From contig CASFNB010000001.1 in assembly GCA_949295915.1 (NCBI GenBank), positions 37,565-101,564 of the forward strand: a stretch of 64,000 bases of DNA, given 5' to 3'. The translations under genes were made by a program, and so were the position numbers. Positions 45,883-54,051 of the stretch are shown piece by piece. This DNA is from an uncultured Pseudomonadota bacterium (GTDB lineage Bacteria > Pseudomonadota > Alphaproteobacteria > RF32 > CAG-239). The notes beneath the pieces were generated by a model. That model made no database searches. It was not told the origin of the DNA and saw only the letters and a program-made list of their open reading frames with translations. How positions within the stretch are numbered: the stretch's first letter is position 1; each line of letters starts with the position of its first letter.

Positions 45883-46380
45883 TTAAGAGCTTTGCTTTTT
45901 TTGTTGTGAAACAAAAGGCTTAAAATAAGCACAAACTTTTTGATAAACCTCACGCTTAAAATCAACCACACGTGCAGGTGCTTCTGTAATGTCTATCCAT
46001 TCAAACGCCTTAAATTCGATTTCTTGCGGATTCGTTTTGAAATCTATCTCGTCATCATTTCGGGAAAACAAAAACAAAAACCAATATTGTTCTTGCCCAA
46101 TATTATTACGCCCGAGCTTTTTGAATTTTTCAATAATTTCATCAGAAAATTTATAGCGAAGCGGCTGGGGATATTGAGCAATCAATTTAACCTGTGTCAG
46201 TCCGGTTTCTTCTTTTAGTTCACGGTAGGCAGCTTCAAGAGGGGTTTCGTTTGCTTCTATTCCGCCTTGAGGAAATTGCCAGTTGAAATCATAATTTTCC
46301 ACACGTTGGCAGGAAAGAACTTTCCCTTGAGGGTTACATACTATAATTGCTGCATTTTTTCGATATAAGTCTGACATCAT
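45883..46380 (-). CDS. rppH: RNA pyrophosphohydrolase RppH (NUDIX)
   Basis: Nudix box GGIEANETPLEAAYRELKEETGL and the WQFPQGG motif. Confidence 0.85.
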   Translation of the reverse strand: MMSDLYRKNAAIIVCNPQGKVLSCQRVENYDFNWQFPQGGIEANETPLEAAYRELKEETGLTQVKLIAQYPQPLRYKFSDEIIEKFKKLGRNNIGQEQYWFLFLFSRNDDEIDFKTNPQEIEFKAFEWIDITEAPARVVDFKREVYQKVCAYFKPFVSQQKKQSS

Positions 46381-47528
46381 TCTACGACCAAATTAGAAAT
46401 CGGCACCAAGGCAAACGGACGCTCGATAGAGGTTATGTTTTGTTCTTTCATCTGTTCATAAGAAAGCTGCGGAGAGAAAGATTCTGCCCAATTTTTAATT
46501 GCCGTAATCACAATAGGTTTTGGTGTTGCCACAATCAAAACCTGACCTTTGTCCTGAGCAATTTGTTCGGCCTGTTTTAAAAGATATTGGATATTTTCGT
46601 TCGTAAAATTATCGCTAATGACAATGTCGGCTTTTTTTCTCGGAAGTTTGGGCATTTGGATATTTTCCACCTCATTTCCGCTGGTTGCATCCACAATCAA
46701 CAAGCCGCGATTTTTAAGTTCTTCTAAAGCCGAAAGCAGCAAAGATTTTGTTGTTTCATCAATCATCCCATCGACAATAGTCATGCCTCCGATTGGTGCA
46801 TTAGAAGACAAGGCCGTATAAAAACGACGCATATTTTCTTCTTCGCCAACGGTCAAACCCATAGCCAGAGGACCGTTATCGGCTTTTAAAACGTCTCTTG
46901 AAGCAAGGAGCAAATCCATATAAGTTTCATGTCCGAGTTTTCTGGCATCGGTAATCATTTCAGAAGCATTAATTGTATACGGAGAAAAAGAAAAAGAAAT
47001 TTCCGAAGGCAACGCTTTGTTCATGGATTCGAAAGTTCTGACATCGATACCGGTATTTTTAAAGACAACGGACACTTTATAAAAATTAGGAGCAATTTGT
47101 ACCTGATGTCCATATTCCATCCAAGGTTTTTTAGCCTTTTCTGAGACCTTCGGTAAAACAAAATTACCTTTTTGTTCATATAAATCTGGATTTTTCTCAA
47201 CCAGATTAAGAGAATAATGACTTTTATGTTCTTTAAGCTTGGCAACCAAAGGAGCAGCATTAACAAAATCTTCGAGGGTTTCCAATTTTTGAGTTTTTTG
47301 AACGGCAACATCATCTTTCTTAAAGGAAAATTTTTTCTCTTTTTTTTCAGGTAAAGTTAAAATATATTTAGGTGATTTATTTTTCTTTTCAAACATAATC
47401 CTTTCAATTTTTGTCCGAAATTTAGGTTCGCTTTTTTGTTTTGCAAAGAAATAACCGGACAGTGTCATAAGAATAATAGCAAACAAAACAGCAATGGTTA
47501 GTTTTGACTTTTGACTATGTCCGCTCAT
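46377..47528 (-). CDS. Divergent polysaccharide deacetylase (YibQ-like) protein
   Basis: N-terminal TM and a C-terminal YibQ-type domain. Conserved position after envC/ctpA. Confidence 0.7.
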   Translation of the reverse strand: MSGHSQKSKLTIAVLFAIILMTLSGYFFAKQKSEPKFRTKIERIMFEKKNKSPKYILTLPEKKEKKFSFKKDDVAVQKTQKLETLEDFVNAAPLVAKLKEHKSHYSLNLVEKNPDLYEQKGNFVLPKVSEKAKKPWMEYGHQVQIAPNFYKVSVVFKNTGIDVRTFESMNKALPSEISFSFSPYTINASEMITDARKLGHETYMDLLLASRDVLKADNGPLAMGLTVGEEENMRRFYTALSSNAPIGGMTIVDGMIDETTKSLLLSALEELKNRGLLIVDATSGNEVENIQMPKLPRKKADIVISDNFTNENIQYLLKQAEQIAQDKGQVLIVATPKPIVITAIKNWAESFSPQLSYEQMKEQNITSIERPFALVPISNLVVE

Positions 47529-47540
47529 ATCTTCCTCCGT

Positions 47541-48845
47541 TTATTTTTGAGATTCAATACCTGATTTATAAATATTCAAAGCTTTAACCAAATCAACGGC
47601 GCGAGAAAGTTGATAATCTTTTTTCAAAGAATCATCTTTTTTAGATATTTTGTTATGAGCAATGTTTTGAGCATCATTTTTCAAAGCATTACCGAATTCT
47701 GCTTCACTAAAATTCATTCCTTTATCAATTTCTTCAATTTTAGCCGGTTTAACTTCCACATCAGGAACGATACCTGTTGCTTGGATGGAACGACCGGAAG
47801 GGGTATAATAACGAGCCGTTGTTAAGCGCATGGCGCCGTAATTTCCGAGCGGAATAATGGTTTGTACGGAACCTTTACCAAAAGTTTTTTCACCTAAAAT
47901 AACGGCACGTTTGTGGTCTTGTAAAGCGCCGGCCACGATTTCGGAAGCAGAAGCAGAACCGTCATTTACCAGCACGACAATAGGTAAATTTTTAGCAATA
48001 TCACCTTCAGTTGCCGTATATTTAACCGTATCTTCGGGATTTTTAGAGCGTGTAGAAACAATCTCACCTTGATCTAAAAACAAGTCAGATACGTTAACGG
48101 CTTGGTCAAGTAAACCACCGGGGTTATTCCGCACATCCAAGACAATACCGGCGGGTTTACCTTTAAGCTGTTTTTTTAATTTATTATAATCTTTTTCAAT
48201 CATTTTATCGGTATCTTCGGAAAAGGAGGTAATACGGATGTAAACCACATCATCGGCTTTAATTTCAGATTTAACCGACTGAATTTTAATTTCTTCGCGT
48301 TTTAAGGTCACATCAAAAGGTTTGGCATTAACGCGGCGGATGGTTAATTTAACTTTTGTTCCGACTTTACCGCGCATTTTATCCACGGCATCATTGAGGC
48401 TCATACCCACCACTTGTTCTCCGTCGATATGGGTAATATAGTCGTTAGGTTTCAAACCGGCTTTGGAAGCAGGAGTATCATCGATCGGAGAAACAACTTT
48501 AACCACGCCGTTTTCCATAGTTACTTCAATACCCAAACCGCCGAATTTTCCTTTGGTTTGTTCATTCATATACTTAAAACTTTGTTCGTCCAAATAGCTG
48601 GAGTGAGGGTCGAGAGAAACGAGCATACCGTTTAGGGCAGATTCTATGAGTTTTTTATCGGTAACGTCTTCCACATATGAAGTTTTTGTTCTTTCCAAAA
48701 CTTCACCGAAAAGGTTGAGCATTTCATAAGTATCTGCAGGATTTTCTTTATCTTGTTTATCTGCGGCAGCGTATGCCGGAGAGAAAAAGACGGAAGCAGA
48801 AATCAGAGAAGCTGTAAAAATCGACCATTTATTTTTCATTTTCAA
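47541..48845 (-). CDS. ctpA: Carboxy-terminal processing protease (S41)
   Basis: Signal peptide, PDZ domain, catalytic GSASASEI and KTFGKGSVQ motifs. Confidence 0.9.
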   Translation of the reverse strand: MKMKNKWSIFTASLISASVFFSPAYAAADKQDKENPADTYEMLNLFGEVLERTKTSYVEDVTDKKLIESALNGMLVSLDPHSSYLDEQSFKYMNEQTKGKFGGLGIEVTMENGVVKVVSPIDDTPASKAGLKPNDYITHIDGEQVVGMSLNDAVDKMRGKVGTKVKLTIRRVNAKPFDVTLKREEIKIQSVKSEIKADDVVYIRITSFSEDTDKMIEKDYNKLKKQLKGKPAGIVLDVRNNPGGLLDQAVNVSDLFLDQGEIVSTRSKNPEDTVKYTATEGDIAKNLPIVVLVNDGSASASEIVAGALQDHKRAVILGEKTFGKGSVQTIIPLGNYGAMRLTTARYYTPSGRSIQATGIVPDVEVKPAKIEEIDKGMNFSEAEFGNALKNDAQNIAHNKISKKDDSLKKDYQLSRAVDLVKALNIYKSGIESQK

Positions 48846-48855
48846 TTCCAGTCAT

Positions 48856-50118
48856 TTAGTTAGTATACCATGGCATCGGATCAATCGGTTGATTATTCCG
48901 ACGCAATTCCACATAAAGTTTGGCATCACGACTATCGGGCATTTGACCGATAGGTTCACCGGCAAGGAGCATCTGCCCGACATCGCAGTCAATATCTTCC
49001 AAACCGGCAAGCAAAGTCAAATATCCGGCGCCATGTTCAATAATAATCATATTTCCGTATCCTCGGAATGGACCGGCAAAAATTACTGAACCGTCAAACG
49101 GCGAAATAACCTGTGCCATATTGCGGGTTTTGATAATAATACCTTTGTTGACAACACCTTTGCTTTTTTCTTCGCCAAAGGTAGCTACAATCGAGCCTCT
49201 TGCCGGCATGGGCAATTTTCCTTTAGCTTTGATAAAAGCCTTACCTACATCTTTTATAATATCGGAAGAATATTTAATCAAGTCAGCTCTTTGAGCTTGT
49301 TCACGTTTTTTCTGTTCAGCCAATTTTTTTTCTTCTTCGGCGCGGAGTTTTGCCAAACGTTTACGCTCTTCAGCTTCTTTTTTTTCCTTGAGCTGTCTTT
49401 CTTTTTCCAATTTATTTAAGAGGTCGCGGAGGTCATTGGCTTGAGAAGCCAATTTTTCCACTTTCTTTTTAGCCTCCGCTGTCTGAATTTCAATTTTATT
49501 TCTGAGTTGAGATTTTTTCTGCACCAAAGCTTTCATATTTTCATGTTCTTGTTCAAGTTGGTGCTTTTGAGATGTAATTCTGGCAACCTGCTTTTCTACC
49601 TGAGTTTTTTTACTGGTAATATCTGCAAGCTTTTTACGGATGTTAGCTGCATTATCTTCCAGATAGGGTACGGATTCTCTGAGCAAAATGGCACTGCGGA
49701 TGGTTTCCACCGGAGAAAGCGGCTGCACAAATAGAGCTTCGGTCGGTTTCAGAGCCAAATTTTGCAAAGCAGAAAGAGTTTTGATAAGGTGTTGATCTTG
49801 AGATAAAAAACCTTCTTCGGCATCTTTAAGCTCTTGTTGCAGTTCTTTGAGCTGCTTTTCCATTGAAGAAATTTTATCTTCATTATTTTGAATTTTTTTT
49901 GCGGTTTGAATCATCTCGGAGCTGACTTCCGAGAGTTCTTTATTTATTTTTGAGGCTTGTTCTTTGAGTTTTTGGTGTTCTTTGTTTTGGAGAGCCACTT
50001 GTTTTTCCATGCGCTCCAGCTCTTGCTTGGAAACTTTGGCGGCCATAGCATCAAAACTTGCGTTTGCCAAGACAAACAACAAAGAAAATGCAAAAGTTAT
50101 GACCGCCTTTGTTTTCAA
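48856..50118 (-). CDS. EnvC-like murein hydrolase activator (coiled coil + degenerate LytM/M23 domain)
   Basis: Signal peptide, ~270 aa of coiled coil, and a C-terminal LytM fold. The usual metal-binding H..D and H.H positions are replaced (GIIIKT, LLAGL). Confidence 0.8.
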   Translation of the reverse strand: MKTKAVITFAFSLLFVLANASFDAMAAKVSKQELERMEKQVALQNKEHQKLKEQASKINKELSEVSSEMIQTAKKIQNNEDKISSMEKQLKELQQELKDAEEGFLSQDQHLIKTLSALQNLALKPTEALFVQPLSPVETIRSAILLRESVPYLEDNAANIRKKLADITSKKTQVEKQVARITSQKHQLEQEHENMKALVQKKSQLRNKIEIQTAEAKKKVEKLASQANDLRDLLNKLEKERQLKEKKEAEERKRLAKLRAEEEKKLAEQKKREQAQRADLIKYSSDIIKDVGKAFIKAKGKLPMPARGSIVATFGEEKSKGVVNKGIIIKTRNMAQVISPFDGSVIFAGPFRGYGNMIIIEHGAGYLTLLAGLEDIDCDVGQMLLAGEPIGQMPDSRDAKLYVELRRNNQPIDPMPWYTN

Positions 50119-50132
50119 GATTTTTCCTTTAC

Positions 50133-51665
50133 TTATTTTTCAATCAAAGAATTACCGTTCATTTCGGAAGGTTTTTCAATGTTGAGGAGTTCAAGCAAAG
50201 TCGGAGCAATATCAGCAAGTTTACCGTCATGCAAGCCTTTAATCGGAGTTTGGCAGTTGACCAAAACACCTTGGACTTTACCGACGGTATGAGCCGTATA
50301 AGGTGCGCCGGTTTTTTCATCAACCATTTTTTCAACATTGCCGTGGTCTGCTGTAACAAAGAGCACGCCGCCGACTTTTTTAATGGCGGCAACGACTTTG
50401 CCCAAACATTCGTCAACGGCGGCAACGGCTTTGAGCGCAGCTTCCATAATACCGGTATGACCGACCATATCACCATTGGCAAAGTTGCAGATAATGGCAT
50501 CAAAGCGTTGATTTTCAATCGCGTCAACCAATTTCTCAGTCACTTCGTAAACACTCATCTCCGGTTTAAGGTCATAAGTTGCAACTTTTGGCGATGGAAC
50601 AAGGATTCTTTCTTCGCCTTTGAACTCGCGTTCTTCACCACCGTTAAAGAAGAAAGTAACGTGAGCATATTTTTCGGTTTCGGCAATACGGAGTTGAGTA
50701 AGCCCATGGTTGGCAACCACTTCGCCGAAAATATTGGTGAGCGCTTCCGGACCAAACATGGTTTTCATAAAGCGCTGGTGGTCAACGGAATATTCGGTTA
50801 AGCCGACATTGATAGAGGTTTGAATTGTTTTCTTGCGCGCAAAGCCGGTGAAGTCTTTGTCAGCCAAAGCATAAAGAATTTCGCGAGCGCGGTCGGCACG
50901 GAAATTCATCATCAAAACGGCATCTCCGTCTTGCATCCCTTGATAATCGCCGACAACGCAAGGAACAACAAATTCATCATTCACGCCTGCGGCATAAGAA
51001 GCTTTAATGGCTTCATCAGAGGAGGCATATTTTTTACCCTCGGCAAAAGCCATGTTGTTGTAAGCAAGCTCAATTCTATCCCAGCGTTTATCTCTATCCA
51101 TGGCATAGAAACGACCTTCAATTGTGGCAAGCTTAACATGAGCCATATTAGCGATAGATTTTTCAAATTCAGCCACAAAATCAACGGCAGATTGCGGTGG
51201 TGTATCACGACCGTCTAAGAAGGCGTGTACATAAGTTGTAATACCATTGTCATTCAAAACTTTGCAGGCGGCAACAATGTGATCTTGAGAGGAGTGAACA
51301 CCGCCGGGGCTCATCAAGCCCATCACATGGCAAGCTTTGCCGTTGGCTTTGAGGGTATTGATAAGTTCATTCAAAACCGGATTCTTGGCAAAAGAGCCGT
51401 CTTTAATGGCTTGGTCGATTCGAGGCAGGTCTTGCATCACGACGCGACCGGCGCCCAAATTCATATGTCCGACTTCGGAGTTTCCCATTTGACCGTCGGG
51501 CAAACCAACGGCAAGACCGGAAGTTTCAACAAAACAATGCGGGCAAGTTTTCAAGAGATTATGCCAATTTGGCGTAATACCTTGTTCAATGGCATTATCT
51601 TGAGTAATTTTTTCACGATATCCCCATCCGTCAAGGACGAGCAACATAACAGGTTTTTGAGTCAT
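50133..51665 (-). CDS. gpmI: 2,3-bisphosphoglycerate-independent phosphoglycerate mutase
   Basis: LLVLDGWG, GNSEVGHMNLGAGR, ADHGN motifs, 510 aa. Confidence 0.95.
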   Translation of the reverse strand: MTQKPVMLLVLDGWGYREKITQDNAIEQGITPNWHNLLKTCPHCFVETSGLAVGLPDGQMGNSEVGHMNLGAGRVVMQDLPRIDQAIKDGSFAKNPVLNELINTLKANGKACHVMGLMSPGGVHSSQDHIVAACKVLNDNGITTYVHAFLDGRDTPPQSAVDFVAEFEKSIANMAHVKLATIEGRFYAMDRDKRWDRIELAYNNMAFAEGKKYASSDEAIKASYAAGVNDEFVVPCVVGDYQGMQDGDAVLMMNFRADRAREILYALADKDFTGFARKKTIQTSINVGLTEYSVDHQRFMKTMFGPEALTNIFGEVVANHGLTQLRIAETEKYAHVTFFFNGGEEREFKGEERILVPSPKVATYDLKPEMSVYEVTEKLVDAIENQRFDAIICNFANGDMVGHTGIMEAALKAVAAVDECLGKVVAAIKKVGGVLFVTADHGNVEKMVDEKTGAPYTAHTVGKVQGVLVNCQTPIKGLHDGKLADIAPTLLELLNIEKPSEMNGNSLIEK

Positions 51666-51743
51666 TATTTTTCCTTTTACAAAATCAAATCAATCTTCTG
51701 CGTATTATATATAAATATTTTGAACAAAAAAGCACTATCTTTT

Positions 51744-51902
51744 TTATAATTTATAAAAGTTTTTTAAGACCGAAATCTTCATGGGACTGCTTTGCAAAGA
51801 GTTCAAAGTTTCGGCTTGTTCTTCATCTTGCAACATGCCGAGTAAAAAGACGGCGCTCAAACAAAGAAAGATAATGACAAATAGCATGAGAATTTTTTTC
51901 AT
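51744..51902 (-). CDS. Possible small secreted/membrane protein (52 aa)
   Basis: Own translation: MKKILMLFVIIFLCLSAVFLLGMLQDEEQAETLNSLQSSPMKISVLKNFYKL. Same strand as the flanking genes and too short for the ORF track. Confidence 0.25.
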   Translation of the reverse strand: MKKILMLFVIIFLCLSAVFLLGMLQDEEQAETLNSLQSSPMKISVLKNFYKL

Positions 51903-51912
51903 AAACATTTTC

Positions 51913-53715
51913 CTAATTAAATTTTTGTGCTGCAGTCATAATTTTCTGCCAAATTTCGGCAGGCAGGTTGGAGCCGGAAACATTTTTCATCGGCGAATTA
52001 TCGTCATTTCCGAGCCAAACCGCGGCAACAAGGTCATTGGTAAAGCCAACGAACCAAGCATCGCGGTTGTCTTGGCTGGTTCCGGTTTTTCCGGCGGCAA
52101 AATCACTGATTCGCGCACGTTTTCCGGTGCCTGTGGAGATAACTTCTTGTAACATAGAAGTCAGTTGTTCTACATCATGTTCATCAAGAATTTGATTCTC
52201 GTCATCAATGTTTCTTTGATAAAGTTGATACCCGTCTTTGGTATAAATTTCTTTAATGGCATAGGGAATAACGGCATAGCCGCCGTTGGCAAGCGTGGTA
52301 TAAGCCGTCGCCATATCCATTACTTTGACTTCTGAAGTACCGAGAGCAATGGCGGGAGAATTTTCAATTTCGGTGGTAATGCCCATGCGATGTGCATTTT
52401 TGATAATGTCGCTGCGATTAAGCATTTCCGAAAGATGAATGGTAGCAAGGTTGTAAGAATGAGCCAAAGCTTGTGTTAAGGTTACTTCTCCATGATATTT
52501 GCGGTCGGCATTTTCGGGCTTCCATTTACCGATAGAAAGCGGAGAGTCCATAATTTTATCATCCGGAGCAAAACCTTCTTGCAAAGCCGTGAGATAAACA
52601 AAAGTCTTGAAAGAAGACCCCGGTTGACGCAAAGCCTGTGTGGCACGGTTAAATTGACTTTTGGCATAATCCACACCGCCGACCATGGCTTTGATACCGC
52701 CGGTTTTATCCATAATTACAATCGCTCCTTGGTGCACGTTGCGGGAAGCTGCATATTTGTTGATGGTGCTTTCCAAAACATCGGAGGCGGCTTGTTGCAA
52801 ATCTTGGTCAAGCGTGGTTAAAACATAAATATCGTTGGTGCGTTCACCGATATAAGAATTAACGTCATTATAAACCCAATCGGCAAAGTGCATGGCGTCT
52901 TTCACATTATATTTTTTTTCGGGACCAAGGCGCATTTTGAGCGCGTTGTCCGCTTGCATTTGCGTGATTTTGTCATTATTAACCATATTGTTGAGAACAA
53001 CTTTGGCGCGCTCAATTGCACGTTTTTCCGAGGCAATCGGGTTGTAGCGAGACGGTGCTTTGAGCATACCTGCAATCACGGCAGCTTCTTTGAGGTTGAG
53101 GTCGCGAGAAGACTTTTGAAAATATTTCTGACTGGCAGCCTCAATACCGTAAGTTCCGGCGCCGAGATAAACACGGTTCAGATAAAGTGCCAAAATCTGG
53201 TCTTTGGTAAATTTGGATTCGAGCCAAAAGGCAAGCAACAATTCTTGGGTTTTGCGCTTGATATTTTTATTTGGGGTTAAGAATAAGTTTTTTGCCACTT
53301 GCTGGGTGATGGTGCTTCCGCCTTGCGCATAACGCCCAAGGAACATATTGGTCAGCATGGCACGCGTAAAGGAAATGACATCAAAGCCAAAATGAGAATA
53401 AAAACGTCTATCCTCGGTGGAAAGAATGGCATCAACCACATAAGGAGGAAGTTCGTCCACGGTAATCACTTCCGAATAAACACTGCCGAAAGTGGTAACC
53501 TCATTGCCATTTTCGGCGGCAATGGTGGTAGAGGGTTGACGGGTGCGATTAACCGCCTCATCAATATCGGGAAGAGTGAGAATGCAATAGCCGATATAAG
53601 CTAAAAAAGTTATCACCAAGCCGATAAAAATTTTTAGCTTGATGTGCCGATTCTTAAGTTTTTGTTTTGACTCTCTTTTTTTCTTTTTTGTTGTCTTTTT
53701 CTTAGCTTTTGCCAC
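51913..53715 (-). CDS. Class A penicillin-binding protein (PBP1A family, transglycosylase + transpeptidase)
   Basis: GT51 motifs EDRRFYSHFG and GGSTITQQ. Transpeptidase motifs SSFK, SxN region and KTGTS. Confidence 0.9.
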   Translation of the reverse strand: MAKAKKKTTKKKKRESKQKLKNRHIKLKIFIGLVITFLAYIGYCILTLPDIDEAVNRTRQPSTTIAAENGNEVTTFGSVYSEVITVDELPPYVVDAILSTEDRRFYSHFGFDVISFTRAMLTNMFLGRYAQGGSTITQQVAKNLFLTPNKNIKRKTQELLLAFWLESKFTKDQILALYLNRVYLGAGTYGIEAASQKYFQKSSRDLNLKEAAVIAGMLKAPSRYNPIASEKRAIERAKVVLNNMVNNDKITQMQADNALKMRLGPEKKYNVKDAMHFADWVYNDVNSYIGERTNDIYVLTTLDQDLQQAASDVLESTINKYAASRNVHQGAIVIMDKTGGIKAMVGGVDYAKSQFNRATQALRQPGSSFKTFVYLTALQEGFAPDDKIMDSPLSIGKWKPENADRKYHGEVTLTQALAHSYNLATIHLSEMLNRSDIIKNAHRMGITTEIENSPAIALGTSEVKVMDMATAYTTLANGGYAVIPYAIKEIYTKDGYQLYQRNIDDENQILDEHDVEQLTSMLQEVISTGTGKRARISDFAAGKTGTSQDNRDAWFVGFTNDLVAAVWLGNDDNSPMKNVSGSNLPAEIWQKIMTAAQKFN

Positions 53716-53816
53716 GATTCGCCCCTTTTTTATCCTTGCGTCGATTCTTAAAATATTTTAAAACAATGTTCATAGATAAATTAAAGTTTTAACATCAAAA
53801 GATTAAGGAACATTTT

Positions 53817-54017
53817 ATGACTGACATTTCTCTTAAAATAAATGAAGATTTGTTGCAAAAACTGGCAAAAATCGCCGAGAAAAGCGGTCAAAATGTAAAT
53901 GAAGTTGCTATATCGGCACTTTCAGCATATGTTGAAGATTATGAAGATGTTTATAAAACCGATTTATGCTCGGTAGACAATTTGGAACGCTCATTCTTTT
54001 TATCCATTGGTGAATAA
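53817..54017 (+). CDS. Ribbon-helix-helix (CopG/antitoxin-like) small protein
   Basis: 66 aa. ISLKINEDLLQKLAKIAEKSGQNVNEVAISALSAYVE fits a beta-strand/helix/helix RHH pattern. Confidence 0.45.
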   Translation: MTDISLKINEDLLQKLAKIAEKSGQNVNEVAISALSAYVEDYEDVYKTDLCSVDNLERSFFLSIGE

Positions 54018-54051
54018 GTTTTAAATCCTACTGGCACAAGCAGGAGGAAAA

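Noticed and set aside
50109-50801. A 230-aa plus-strand ORF, plus the neighbouring ORFs at 50820-51218 and 51225-51749.
   Set aside because: They are antisense to the strongly conserved gpmI coding sequence and are typical shadow ORFs.
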